This document shows positions 22,760 to 35,964 of a DNA stretch of 64,000 bases, piece by piece. The DNA comes from Octopus sinensis. Lineage: Eukaryota. Below the pieces are notes generated by a model. It was not told where the DNA came from and made no database searches. It was given only the letters and a program-made list of their open reading frames with translations. Numbering within the stretch: position 1 is the first letter of the stretch; every line of letters starts with the position of its first letter. The stretch lies in contig NC_043014.1 in the NCBI RefSeq assembly GCF_006345805.1, forward strand, positions 11,222,001 through 11,286,000, given 5' to 3'. Both the position numbers and the translations under genes were made by a program.

Positions 22760-23135
22760 AAATTTCTCATCACCACCACTATATAGGAGATAGCGGTGCC
22801 ATGTAAAAGGCACCCATGAGTCTCAGTCATCACTGGTGCTACATAAATGGCACTCATGAATTGTTGAGGTCATTGCCAGTGTCATGTAAATGAAACCCGT
22901 GCATCATAGTCGTGGTCATTGCCGGTACCATGTAAATGGTACCCACCTGTGAATCATAGTCATGTTTGTTGCCAGTGTCATGCCAATGGCACATAAGAGC
23001 ACCTGTTACACTCTTGGAGTGGTTGGTGTTAGGAAGGGCATCCAGGTGAAGAAACCATGCCAAATCAGACTGGAACAGGCTCATCAGCTCCAATCAAACT
23101 GTCTAACCCACGCTAGCATGGAGAGCGGACGTTAA
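22760..23135 (+). mobile_element. RTE 3' UTR/tail element
   Basis: Degenerate ggcac...taaaagcac units plus tail; tail is cut at its TTAA by the next element and resumes at 23919. Confidence 0.75.
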
Positions 23136-23918
23136 CCCCTTGATGCCGGTATTACCCGAAGCATGCGAAACACTGCTCAGGTTTTTTTATCTAATAAGGC
23201 CACACAAACACACAAGTGCCAACGAGCTCGCGTCTATTTACGTTCACCGTTACAATAACATAGCGAGATGGCAGAAACGTTAGCACGCCGGGCAAAATGC
23301 TTAGCAGTACTTTGTCTACCGCTACGTTCTGAGTTCAAATTCCGCGAGGTCGACTTTGCTTTTCATCCTTTCAGGGTCGATTAAATAAGTACCAGTTACG
23401 CACTGGGGTCGATATAATCGACTTAATCCGTTTGGCTGTCCTTGTTTGTTCCCTCTATGTTTAACCTTCTGTGGGCAATAAAGAGATAAATAACATAGCG
23501 TTGTACATTTGCGTCTACCGGTTTATGAAAACGAATTATGTGAAGTTCTTTATTATGATAAAGAACTTCACATAATTCGTTTTCATATGATATGCACAAG
23601 TTATTCTGCTCAAGTTCAGAAAATAGCTTGCATATGATACAACTCAAAACACGGCATTATGCATGTAAAGTATCCACATGTCATTGGTCTACTGCTAGTT
23701 TCCTGACTTGAACGTAACCTAAAATAGCTAAGATAATGCACGGGACGGTGAGCGTGTGCACCTCGAGAGATAAAGTACTTGATAGCGAACGTAAACATAC
23801 GTCAGCCGCTAAAAAGTCCGTGGTAGATGTAGGGCCGCTCTACGTCGTATATTTATGTTAACCGCAGGTAGGCAAGCAAAAGTGTGATCGCATATTTGCG
23901 TCAACCATTGTCAAGAGG
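23136..23918. mobile_element. Non-autonomous piggyBac-type element containing a family B SINE and a 29-bp perfect hairpin
   Basis: TTAA at 23132-23135 and 23919-23922; TIR ccccttga / tcaagagg. Confidence 0.75.
23266..23488 (+). mobile_element. Family B (CORE-like) SINE
   Basis: 12-bp TSD aataacatagcg at 23254-23265 and 23489-23500; gtcgactttgcttttcatcctttcagggtcga core. Confidence 0.9.
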
Positions 23919-23999
23919 TTAAATGAAAATGATGAAATGCATGTAGGAGCAAAAGTGCATGCCTCAGTGTCAGGGGTAGAAATGCATACTTATGAGCCA

Positions 24000-24830
24000 G
24001 AATCATCATCATCATCATCGTTAACGTCCGTTCTCCATGCCAGCATGGGTTGGACAATTTTGACTGAGGGCTGGCGAACCAGATGGCCACACCAGGCTCC
24101 AATCTTGATCTGGCAGAGTTTCTACAGCTGGATGCCCTTCCTAATGCTAACCACTCCAAGAGTGTAGTGGGTGCTTTTTACGTGCCACCGGCACGGGGGC
24201 CAGTCAGGTGGTACTGGCAATGTTCTTGCTCAAATTTTTTTACACATGTCACCGGCACAGGTGCCAGTAAGGCGACGTTGGTAACAATCACTGCTCAAAT
24301 GGTGCCCTTTTACTTGCCATGGCACGGGGGCCAGTCAGGCAGTACTGGCAATGACCTCACTTGAATGTTTATGTTTTCAAATAGGAGATCAATAGATAAG
24401 GAACCAATCAGATACTGTGGTTCGCCAATTACCCCTACCCAGTTTCTAGCCCTGCACCTAAGTAAGGAATGATTCTTATATACTGAAAGCATAAAAGATA
24501 TCTTTGCCATTTAATGCCCATTGTCCATGCTGGCATGGGTTGGATGGTTTGACAGGAGCTGACAAGGCTGGGGGCTGCACCAGGCTCCATTGTCTGTTCT
24601 TACACAATTTCAGTGTTTTTAACATGGAATCAGCACTGGGGCTTTTCACATGGCACCAACACCAGTATGTTTTACATGGGGCACCATCACCAGTACTTTT
24701 TATGTGGCACCATCACCAGAGCTTTTAATGAAGTACCACCACCAGTATGTTTTACGTGGCACCATCACCAGTGCTTTTTATGTGGCACCAGCACTGGTGC
24801 TTCTTACATAGTACCAGCACCAACTAGGTC
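24000..24830 (-). mobile_element. Two RTE 3' UTR/tail elements (24000-24370, 24510-24830)
   Basis: (cat)n tail at 24003-24018; unit repeats. Confidence 0.8.
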
Positions 24831-24989
24831 ATCAAGTAACTTACAAGACAAATGCCACCCCCACGCCCAGGGAGGGATGCAGGAGCAGTAGATAACAGAG
24901 AAGAATAAGCAATGGTGCTCCACAACAACCGTACATGTGCGCATGTGTAGTTGTGTTTCTGCATACATGTGTTTATGTATATGTGTGTG

Positions 24990-25042
<53 letters not shown>

Positions 25043-25254
25043 ATATGTGTCTGCACTTATGTGTATGTATATACATAAGTATGTATGCAGAGGGTTGTGT
25101 GTATGTGTGTGTGTAAATGCACTTCTGTGGATAAATTCATTCTTTTGGAAGAAAAAAATAATGGTAGACACACCCATAAATTGTCATCAACCAAAAGTCA
25201 AAAAAAAAAGGGTCGCACACACACACACATACAGAGTCTTGCTCACATCTTTCC

Positions 25255-26030
25255 CCTTTTACATGTTTCAGTCATTGGACTGTCGCCATGCTGGGGCACT
25301 GCTTTGAAGGGTTTTAGTCAAACTAATCAAACCCCAGTACTTGTTTTTTAAAGCCTGGTACTTACTTATTCTATCAATCTCTTATGCTGAACCACCAAGT
25401 TATGGGGATATAAACAAACCAGCACCGGTTGTCAAGCAGTGACAAGGGGCAAACACAAATACAAATATGTGCACACACATGCACATGCACAAGCATATGT
25501 AAGAGGCTTCTTTCAGTTTCCGTCTACCAAATCCACTCACAAAGCTCTGGCCAGCCTGGAGCTACAGAAGACACTTGCCCAAAGAACCATACAGTGGGAC
25601 TGAACCTAGAACCATCTGAATGGAAAGCTAACTTCTTACCATACAACCACATATATGTGCAGGAGTGGCTGTGTGGTAAGTAGCTTGCTTACGAACTACA
25701 TAGTTCTGGGTTCAATCCCATTGCGTGGCACCTTGGGCAAGTGTCTTCTACTGTAGCCTCAGGCTGACCAAAGCCTTGTGAGTGGATTTGGTAGACGGAA
25801 ACTGAAAGAAGCCCGTTGTATGTATGTATGTATTTGTTATTTGTGTCTATGTTTGTCCCCCACCATTGCTTGACAACTGATGTTGGTGTGTTTACGTGCC
25901 CATAACTTAGCGGATCAGCAAAAGAGACCGATAAAATAGGTACTAGGGTTGATCTGTTCGACTAAAGGTGGTGCTCCAGCATGGCTGCAGTCGAATGACT
26001 GAAACAAATAAAAAAAGTAGAAGTGTAAAA
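25255..26030. mobile_element. Head-to-head pair of family A SINEs (minus 25255-25650, plus 25660-26030)
   Basis: Inverted copies about 10 bp apart. Confidence 0.85.
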
Positions 26031-26399
26031 GAGTACATATGCCCCCATCACACACACACACACACTCACACACACACACGCATGCATATATAACAGGCAT
26101 CTTCAAGTTCCTTTCTACCAAATCTACTAACAAGGCTTTGGTTAGCCTGGAGCTATAGTAGAAGACACCTGCCCAAGGAACCACACAGTGGAACTGAACC
26201 CAGAACCATCTGAATGAGAAGCAAACTTCTTACCACACAGCCACCACTGACCATTAAAACAAAACAACACATATGCCCCCATCACACAAAACAATAAATA
26301 CTGTAAGGAAAGAGACCCAACTATGAGGCAACGGGGACAGACCTGGAGTAAGGAGACCATGTCACTGAGGGTTCAGAAATAGCAAAGAAAGGACACAGA

Positions 26400-26830
26400 C
26401 AAAGCGACAGATTCTTTTCTACTCTAGGTAAAAGGCCCAGAATGTTTGAGGAGGGGGCCAGTCGATTAGATCAGCCCCAGTATGCAACTGGTACTTAATT
26501 TATTGACCCTAAAAGGATGAAAAGCAAAGTCGACCTCGGTGGAAATTGAACTCAGAATGTAAAGACAGACGAGATACCACTAAACATTTCGCCCAGCGTG
26601 CTAACGTTTCTTATTTCTTTCTTATATATTGCCCACAAGGGGCTAAATATAGAGGGGACAAACAAGGACAGACAAAAGGATTAAGTCGATTACATCGACC
26701 TCAGTGCATAACTGGTACTTAATTTATTGACTCTGAAAGGATGAAAGGCAAAGTCGACCTTGGCGGAATTTGAATACCGCTAAGCATTTCGCTCGGCATG
26801 CTAACGTTTCTGCCAGCTCAACGCCTTACA
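26400..26830 (-). mobile_element. Family B SINE, dimeric
   Basis: Two copies of aaaggatgaaaggcaaagtcgacct. Confidence 0.8.
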
Positions 26831-27134
26831 CAAAGCAATAGATTGAGTGATTAAAACAACCATATCCAGCTTTTCACACCTACCCTACAATGTCATTCTA
26901 AAAACAAACAATCACATCACTGAAATTTTCAAGCTACAAGATAAAGTACGATTAATTCAAAATAATGTGAATAAATAAGTATTACAGTCGACAGACTAAT
27001 CTGAATGCTAAGAGGCTAATGAAGTAGTTAATTGCTTAATTCATTAACGAGATGCCAAATAATTATTTCTGAATGAGGCAAAATGCCAGCAAATTTGAAG
27101 AGAACTGGGTTAGTAGTCAATACCATTAATATTA

Positions 27135-28145
27135 ATGAAGGGCATCCAGCTGTAGAAACTCTGCCTGATCAGATTGGAGTCTGGTGCAGCCATCTGATTC
27201 GCCAGTCCTCAGTCAAATCGTCCAACCCATGCTAGCATGGAAAGCGGACGTTAAACGATGATGATGATTTAACTAGTGTTCTATGATAATGGCTTCTGGG
27301 CTGTGTGGTAAGTAGCTTGCTTACCAACCACATGGTTCCAGGTTCATTCCCACTGTGTGGCACCTTGAGTAAGTGCAGTCTACTATAGCCTCGGGCTGAC
27401 CAAAGTCTTGTGAGTGGATTTGGTAGACGGAAACTGAAAGAAGCCTGTTGTATATATATAAGTGTATGTATGTGTGTGTATGTGTGTCCATGTGTGTGTG
27501 TATATGTGTTTGTCCCCACAAAATTGCTTGACAACAATGGTGGTTGAAATTCCGCTGAGGTCGACTTTGCCCTTCATCCTTTCGATGTCAATAAATTAAG
27601 TACCAGTTACACACTGGGGTCAATGTAATTGACTTAATCCCTTTGTCTGTCCTTGTTTGTTCCCTCTATGTTTAGCCCCTTGTGGGCAATAAAGAAATAA
27701 CATTAGCATGCCGGGCGAAATGCTTAGTGGTATTTCATCTGTCTTTACATTCTGAGTTCAAATTCCGCCAAGGTCAACTTTGCCTTTCATCCTTTCAGGG
27801 TCAACAAATTAAGGATCAGCTGCATAGTGGGGGTCGATCTAATCAACTGGCCCCAAAAATGTTGGGCTTTTATTTAGCTTTATGTGTTTTCTCAAGCAGA
27901 GCAAATCACCAGAAGTCTGGGTCCCTTTTCAATACATCTAAGGAAATATTATAGGTGGCACTGATGCCATGTAAAAAGCACTCAGTCTACTCTGTAAGGT
28001 GGTTGATGTTAGGAACAGCATCCAGCCATTAAAATTCTGCCAAAATAGAGTGAAACCAGGTGCAGTCTTCTACCTAGCCAGCCACTGTCAAACCATCTGA
28101 CCCATACCAGCATGGAAAATGGATGTTAAATGATAATGATGATGA
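27135..28145 (+). mobile_element. Cluster: RTE tail 27135-27270, family A SINE 27297-27545, family B SINE 27545-27870, RTE tail 27950-28145
   Basis: Matches to internal copies. Confidence 0.75.
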
Positions 28146-28274
28146 TGGTGGTGGTGATGGTGGCGGCAGTGCTGGTGGTGGTGCTTCTGAGTAATTTTCC
28201 AAAGAAATCAATATCATCAGATGTCTGCACTGAATCAAATGAGATTTCAAGTCAATCCCACAATTCTTCTTTAA

Positions 28275-28734
28275 CCCTTTCGTTACCAACCCGGCTGAAA
28301 CCAGCTCTGGCTCTGTAGTACAAATGTCTTGTTTTCATAAGTTATGAATGAAAATCTTCCACCAAACCTAAGACACAATTAATGTTCCTATCACTAGCTT
28401 AATGATAACTAAGTTATTTTACTAAATTCTTTGTTATATTTAAAGTAATTGAAAGAAACACAGAGCATCTCAACAGAAATATAGTAACAAAAGGGTTAAC
28501 AAATGATTAATTTAACCCTTTCGATACCAACCCGGCTGAAACCACCCCTGCCTCTGTAGTACAAACGTCATTTCCATAAGTTCTGAAATAAATTCTTCCA
28601 CCAAACCTTAGTCACAATTTATGTTTCTAACACCAGCTGAATGATAACTATATTATTTTACTAAATTCTTTGTTATATTTAATGTAATTGAAAGAAACAC
28701 AGAACATCTCAACAGAAATACAGTTACGAAAGGG
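28275..28734 (+). mobile_element. Two adjacent MITE family 1 copies (28275-28495, 28516-28734)
   Basis: Each has its own TTAA TSDs (28271/28496; 28512/28735). Confidence 0.93.
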
Positions 28735-28892
28735 TTAACATGGTTGCATATCATTGGATAAACATTGATCTGCTTAGGGATTAACAAGTTGGTTAAATGT
28801 TGTATTTGAGCAGAGAACAAGGAAGCTTTACAATGCAAAATGGCATGATCTGAAAGATGATAAGGACTGTGGAAGGAACAGCTTATGTTGAC

Positions 28893-29541
28893 CTTTTAGC
28901 ATTTAAACCAGCCATATCCAGCCAAAATATTCCAGGTGTTTTATGTTCAAATTGGTCAGATCTAGCTTCTTACACCAACCCTAGAATATCATTCAAAAAA
29001 ATAAACAATCACCTGGTCGAAATCTCAAAGTTACAAAAAAATGCATGATTAATTCAAAACAATGTGAATAAATAAGCATCACATTTAACAGAATCATCAT
29101 CATCACCACCACCACCACCACCACCACCACCACCACCATCACCATCATCATCATCATCATCATCATTGTTTAACATCCATTATCCATGCTGGCATGGGTT
29201 GGACAGTTTGACTGGGGTTGGCAAGCCGGAAGGCTATACCAGACTCAAGTCTGATTTGGCACAGTTTTCTATAGCTGGATGCCCTTCCTAATGCCAACCA
29301 CTCGGAGGGTGTATTGGGTGCTTTTATGTGCCACCGGTACAGGTGCCAGTTGCATGACACCAATATCTGCCATGACTGTGATTTTGCTCGGTTTGATGAG
29401 TCTGCTTCTCAAGCACAACATAATGCCAAAGGTTTCGGTCATTGCTTCTCTTGAGGCCCAACGCTCGAAAGGAATTCAACCACTTTGCCTCTGTGAGGCC
29501 CAAAACTCGAAAGGAAGAATAATCTGAATGCTAAAGGATTA
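28893..29541. mobile_element. MITE family 2 interrupted by a minus-strand RTE tail element (29095-29520)
   Basis: MITE body 28893-29095 resumes as aatctgaatgctaaaggattaa at 29521-29541. Confidence 0.8.
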
Positions 29542-29569
29542 ACCCCTCCACATCGCGCTGCTTTGTGAT

Positions 29570-30300
29570 TATGTACTTAATCATATGCCAATACTTTGAT
29601 CTTGGATACATCCAACTTATTTCCATGGTTCTTTGTCTGTTAGTAGAAACTATTGTTTATTGCAAAGCTGAAATCTCTGTAAAGTGAAAGTAGACACAGA
29701 CACTTTGTGCTCATTTGTTCCTTCCATGCAGTCCAAGAATATTAAGCCACGTTTGATTATCAACCCCAAGCCATAAAAATCTTGCCAAAACAGACAGTGA
29801 AGCCTGGTGCTGTCTTCTACTAGCCAGCTCCTGTCAGCACCCTCTCAAGCATAGATGTCGCCCATCAAAATAAGCTTGTCCCAAAACTGAATCTTTAAGA
29901 AGACTGTAATAATCTACTCATAAAATTTATCTTTGTCCTGCTCTGAAGCAGAAAAGGTTGAAGTGAAACAACCGACTTGTGAGACAGAAATACTATTTCC
30001 CAAGTAAAGAGAGAGCATTATGTTTTGGACTGTGACTCCAGAAGGAAGAGAAAATAGAGATTTCACATGCTGAAATCTAATAGCAACGATTTCCCATGAA
30101 AGTCTCAAAAAGGCATTCAGTTCCCTGGAAAATGGTTGATTTCTTCTGTCTTCTGATGGTCATACTCTTCTGCCTGAAAAGAATTGTATTCTTCCCTGAT
30201 GGAAGGGGTCTTTTCTGGTTGTTCTCTCCATTTCCATTTTGTCATCAATGATTCCATTTCTCAAAGATCATAAAACCGGGAGCTGTCTCTTGAGCCATGC
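29570..30300 (-). pseudogene. Decayed AP endonuclease domain of an RTE-BovB-like LINE
   Basis: AIRFQHVKSLFSLPSG...FSASEQDKDKFYE*...DKLILMGDIYA and SWMYPRSKYWHMIKYII match RTE APE motifs (LGDFNA; WMHPRSKHWHLIDY). Confidence 0.8.
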
Positions 30301-30374
30301 TTAGAGAAATTCAGGATGCCATAAGGTAAGTCATCAAAGATCTTTGTAAGTGTATATATAAAAATAAATGCGTC

Positions 30375-30610
30375 CTTTTAAAGCCTAGCCAGGCTCATGG
30401 GCCCAGTTTCCATGGCATATGTGTTCCCCAGCTGGACGGGACGCCAGTCCATTGCAGCGTTACTCATTTTTACCAGCTGAGTGGATTGGAGCAACATGAA
30501 ATGAAGTGTTTTGCTCAAGAACACAATGCGTCACCCGATCCAGGGATCGAAACCACAATCTTACGATCACGATGCTGACACCCTAACCACTAAGCCATGC
30601 GCCTCCACAA
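30375..30610 (-). mobile_element. tRNA-derived SINE (family seen at 54802-55100)
   Basis: Minus head ggaggcgcatggcttagtggttaggg...gtttcgatccctgg. Confidence 0.85.
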
Positions 30611-30639
30611 AGATATGTATATATATATATAAATTTAAA

Positions 30640-31130
30640 GTGTATTAGAGTACAAAATAGAGCTCGTTCACCCTTAGAATTACCAAATAGCCAGTAGCAT
30701 TTGAAGTCCAAGCTTAGGCATTCATTATCATAGAAATCCACTTGTCCGCTCATGAACGAATGTGTCCAAAAAAACATAGTATACAAATGCACAATCTTCA
30801 CATCACAACATAAATACATGTACATAGGTGCCACAGAAAACCAATTTAAAGTCCATTATCGTAACCACATCTTGTCATTCCGAAAAGTAAACAGACATGT
30901 GACTTCACTGGCAGACCTCATATGAGACTGAAAGAATCAAAAATTAAATACGAAATAAAATGGTCGATAATAAAAAATGCCCACGGAAGTAATTCGCTAT
31001 CTGACAAATCAAATGTGACCTTTGCCTTGAGGAAGCATTGAGTATACAGCTGAGTAATGAGAACCTGGTAAACAAGCATGATGAGAAAATTCCAAGGTGT
31101 AACCACCGTGCCAAATAAGCATTTTCAAGA
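30640..31130 (+). pseudogene. Penelope-like (Neptune-type) GIY-YIG endonuclease fragment
   Basis: CPLMNECVQKNIVYKCTI...MYIGATENQFKVHYRNHILSF...IKYEIKWSII...LCLEE...NLVNKHDEKIPRCNHRAK*, with stops and frameshift. Confidence 0.85.
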
Positions 31131-31339
31131 TGGAAAAGTGTATAAAAATTATAATAATTATTATTCTATCTGACCACACCCATCCTTTCCATCTCACATC
31201 TATATATGTGATGGAGTGTCCAACAATATGCCTATGTGCATGAATATGGGTAGATATATGTGCATCTATGTATGTGTATGAATGTGCTTGTTGATTGGTA
31301 TGTGTATGTGGTGGGATACATGTGTGTATATATGTGGTG

Positions 31340-31562
31340 TGCTGGCAGAAACGTTAGCGCGCTGGGCGAAATGCTTAGCGGTATTTCGTCTGTCGTTACG
31401 TTCTGAGTTCAAATTCCACCGGGGTCGACTTTGCCTTTCATCCTTTCGGGGTCGATAAATAAAGTACTAGTTACGCACTGGGGTCGATGTAATCTACTTA
31501 ATCCCTTTGTCTGTCCTTGTTTGTCCCCTCTATGTTTAGCCCCTTGTGGGTAGTAAAGAAAT
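31340..31562 (+). mobile_element. Family B SINE
   Basis: Close to consensus. Confidence 0.9.
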
Positions 31563-31779
31563 ATATACGTAGGTATATATGTATATATATGTGTGTGTGT
31601 GTGTGCATATGTATGTATGGGGATGCCCAGAGATGTAGTTGTGTGTATATGTGTGTCAGTAATTGTATATGTACGAGCGTATGTGTGAGTGCATTTGTGA
31701 AATAATTAAAATTTAGCATGTGCAACCCAACGTGTGAAACAAAATGGACAGCCAATGTATATAATGCCGCTCATGTCAA

Positions 31780-32240
31780 GCATGCATCATCATCATTGTT
31801 CGACCGTGGTCGAGACAATGGAATTTACCATGCTATGCCAGACTTCACGGTCCATCATAACATTACGGAGGTCCTGTTGCTGGATGCCTGTATCCCTGGA
31901 GATTACATCAGGGTAGGAGAGTGTGCGCCCTCTGGTATTGCGAGCAGATGGCTTCCAGAGGAAAAGAGTAGAAATTACCTCGTTTTCAGCTCTACAACAA
32001 TGTCCAGCAAACTGAACTCTCCTACCTTTCACAAGGCAGAAGCATGCAGAGGCATGCTGGCAGAGAGCAGAATGGTACTGCCAGTGTCTGCTAGATTCAA
32101 AAGAGCCAGTTGGATGTGTTAGCATCAAAGTCAAAGATTTACTTACGGGGGACAGCGATTATATATCACCTGAGGAGATACAACTGGATCCTATTATATA
32201 GGTAAACTGTTGCTTAATTTAAATCCTGCGTATCTGTGGA
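31780..32240 (-). mobile_element. RTE LINE 3' fragment
   Basis: ORF 31793-32134: RRVQFAGHCCRAE...LFLWKP...RGRTLSYPDVISRDTG...MDREVW; (gat)n tail at ~31783-31795. Confidence 0.88.
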
Positions 32241-32459
32241 TCTATGTTGTCTCAAAACCTGTGTAGTGTGTATTTAATAGGTGTCTAAATGTACTCCTTC
32301 TTGTTCACCCTATGTATTCAAACTATATATATATATATATATATATATAACAATTTAGCTAAATGTTAAAATATTTAAATTGAACTGAATTTATAATTGT
32401 TCAATTTATCGTTTTGCTTTCCATTTCTGATTTATATGTGTGTATGTGTGTGTATATAT

Positions 32460-32762
32460 GTATATCACATGACTGACCAGGCTATCAGATGTTGCTACAC
32501 ATCACTAGTCACAATGCGCTACGCATGGTTTTAGCCTTGAAATGATGCCACCCCACTGGCTAAGCAAGCAGGCCAACAGAAGAAAGAGTGAGAGAAAGTT
32601 GTGGCGAAAGAGTACAGCATGGATCGCCACCACCCCCTGATGGAGCCTTGTGGAGCTTTAGGTGTTTTCGCTCAATAAACACTCACAACGCCCGGTCTGG
32701 GAATAGAAACTGCGATTCTACGACCACAAGTCTGCTGCCCTAACCACTGGGCCATTGCACCT

Positions 32763-32765
<3 letters not shown>
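32460..32765 (-). mobile_element. Family C SINE
   Basis: Reverse complement of 16026-16328. Confidence 0.88.
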
Positions 32766-32826
<61 letters not shown>

Positions 32827-33194
32827 TGCAGAAAACATTTTGAATGTTCAAGTAAAGCCCCTTTTCCATTATGCTGATCCCAGTCTAATGATGCTGCCTG
32901 CTGAGCCAGTTTTTCGGGGTCGCATCAAGCTGTACCGATATAATGTGGGATCAATATTATGGTACTACTAGCGAACATATAATGTGTGTGTGTGCCCCAT
33001 CACTGCTTGATAACCAGTATTTGTGTGTTTATGTCCCCATAACTTAGCAGTTTAGCAAAAGAGAGGATAGAATATGTATTAGCCTTTAAAAACAAACTGA
33101 GTACTAGGTGTCAATTTGTTCGACAAATATCTATATGTGTGTGTGTGTCTATATATCATCATCCTCATATATATATATATATATATAGACATAT

Positions 33195-33590
33195 ATACAT
33201 CCGAGCGTGATCATTGCCAGAGCGGCTAACTGGCTTCTGTACCTGTGGCACATAAAAAGCACCATTCGAGCGTGATCGTTACCAGTGTTGCTGTGACATG
33301 TGAAAAAACATTCAAGCAAGGTCCTTGCCAGTGCCGCTGGACTGGCTCCTGTGCAAGTGGCACGTAAAAAACACCATTTGAGCGTGGCCGTTGCCAGTAC
33401 CACATAACTGGCCCTCGTGCCAGTGGCACGTAAAAGCACCCCTACACTCTCGGAGTGGTTGGCGTTAGGAAGGGCATCCAGCTGTAGAAACTCTGCCAGA
33501 TCAAGATCTGGTTCGCCAGTCCTCAGTCAAATTGTCTAACCCATATGCTAGCATGGAAAGCAGACATTAAACGAAACGACTATGATGATA
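33195..33590 (+). mobile_element. RTE 3' UTR with ~4-5 degenerate ~60-66-bp units and tail
   Basis: Unexpanded counterpart of the 3441-6575 array; similar copy at 41530-41992. Confidence 0.85.
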
Positions 33591-33622
<32 letters not shown>

Positions 33623-33859
33623 ATACAGACAAACAGATAGATAGATAGACCTATATATGTGTATGTGTGTGTGTGTGTGTGTGTGTATATATACACATGT
33701 ATACAAGTATGTTACCAAGCCTCACCTATTTCCGAGTAAGGTATAATTGCTCTGAGTCCTTCAAACAGAACAATGGCCAGTGTGTTTCCAGAGAAGACTG
33801 CATGTTTCATTTACAAACAGCACAATAATGTCAAGACAAAATACACACACACATACAAC

Positions 33860-34555
33860 ATACATACGGCACTCCATCGTTTACAACAAAGAGGGTTCCA
33901 GTTGATCCGATCCATGGAACAGCTTGCTCATAAAATCAACGTCCAAGTGACCGACCACTCCATCCACACGTGAACCCTTAATGTGGTTCTCAGAAAGATT
34001 CAGCATGACACAGAGTGTGACAAGGCTGGCCTCTTTAATTACAGGTGAGTGGACTGGAGCAATTTGAAATAAAGTGTCTTGCCCAAGGACAGGTGTTGCT
34101 AGGAATGGAACTCACAACCTTATGATTGTGTGCCAAATACCCTCTAACCAATAAGTTACATGTCTTCACAAACATACTCTTTTACTTGTTTCAGCCATTT
34201 GACTGTGGCCATGCTGGAGCACCACCTTTAGTCGAGCAAATTGACCCCAGGTCTTATTCTTTGTAAGCCTTATTCTATTGATCTCTTTTGCCGAACCACT
34301 AATTTACGGGGACATAAACACACCAGCATCGGTTGTCAAGCGATGTTGTGGGGACAAAAACAGACACAAAAACATATACACACATATACATATGTATGTG
34401 TATACATATGTTTCCGTCAACCAAATCCACTCACAAGGCTTTGGTCGGCCTGAGGCTATAGTAGAAGACACTTGCCCAAGGTGCCATGCAGTGGGACTGA
34501 ACCCGGAACCATGTGGTTCGTAAGTAAGCTACTTACCACACAGCCACTCCTGTGC
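33860..34555 (-). mobile_element. SINE cluster (33860-34165 and family A 34175-34555)
   Basis: Matches to internal copies. Confidence 0.8.
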
Positions 34556-34662
34556 CTATATATATATATATATAATGAACATCTTTAAGTTTTCATCTAT
34601 CAAGTCTACTCACAATGGTTTGGTAAGCTTGGAGGTACAACAGAAGACACTTGTATAGTTGA

Positions 34663-35058
34663 CTAGCAGTATCGCCCGGCGTTGCTCGGGTTTGTAAGGG
34701 AAATAACTATATAAGCATTTTTAGAGATGTAAAGTATAATAGCCATCTCAATATGGCTAACCACAAAGCGGGGGTGTTACCGTAGCTTTTTACGTTCTGA
34801 GATTTAATAATAAATTTTTAGAGAGTTACTTCCCTTATATATGCCAAAAATGCATTAAAAATGTGAAAAATTGATGGTAAATTTTTTTTTACATCGTAGA
34901 CTCATCGTAGACGCGCGCTAATACCCAGAAGGGCTCGATATGAATCACGACTATAAGATACTCGGATTTGGTTAAACTGCACCGCAAAATGTGGGAGTAG
35001 TTAGGAATCTAAATCGTAGGAGACAGACAGCACACAACCTCTCTTTTATATATAAAGA
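34663..35058 (-). mobile_element. Short non-autonomous Helitron
   Basis: CTAG at 34663-34666 with hairpin; TC start at 35058; matches 2538-2929. Confidence 0.9.
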
Positions 35059-35062
35059 TTAA

Positions 35063-35282
35063 CCCTTTCGTGACCAACCTGGCTGAAACCAGCTCTGGCT
35101 CTGAGTACAAATGTCTTGTTTTCATAAGTTTTGAATTAAAACCTTCCATCAAACCTTAGTCACAATTTATGTTCCTAACACTAGCTTAATGATAACTAAG
35201 TTATTTTACTAAATTCTTTGTTATATTTAAAGTAATTAAAAGAAACACAGAGCATCTCAAAATAAATACAGTAACGAAAGGG
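35063..35282 (+). mobile_element. MITE family 1
   Basis: TTAA 35059-35062 and 35283-35286. Confidence 0.93.
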
Positions 35283-35964
35283 TTAATTATTCAGTAAATT
35301 AATTAATCTTTTAGGTTTTGTCAAGTCCTTTGATCACCATTCATGATCTCATCATAGACATGCCCTTCAGACTGTGTCAGACTTGGAGTAGAGGTGACTG
35401 ATTGATGAGGTCACATACGCTGACAGAAGGACTATGACAAAGCTAACTGACTGGCTGATTGACCAAATAGTTAATCAGTCAATTGGTTACTTAGTTAAAT
35501 GTTAAGAAACTGACTAATAAACGAAGTGAAACAGAACCAGTGTGTATGTTTATTACTGGCATAATGACCCTCCCAAGATAAAACAAAACCTGTTTCAAGA
35601 CACAAGTTCACAGGAAGAAACTTACGAGCCAAATACAAAAGTGGAATAAATGACAAATATACATGTGTGTGTGTTTGTGAGTGAATGTGTGTGTAGACTT
35701 GAATGTAAACAGTCGAGAAGATGTAAGGGTACACAGTACCAAAAAGAGAATGTATTAATTTATTAAGCATCTCCTCCATAGAGTCCTGTCAGAAGCAACT
35801 ATCATTAGATTTTCTGGCTGGATTGCCAAACATGGCCAACTGAGACCAAAGGATATTTATCCAACCATCTCCCTCTTGATCTAACCCCTAGATCTCCAGT
35901 CAAGTCAGCTCAGCTTGAAGAATCCATCTTGTGATTCTGTCCTGCAACAATCTAGTCCCATTAA

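Noticed and set aside
30300-30335. Plus-strand exon ending at AAG|GTAAGT
   Set aside because: All plus frames upstream contain stops and the region is explained by a minus-strand RTE endonuclease relic
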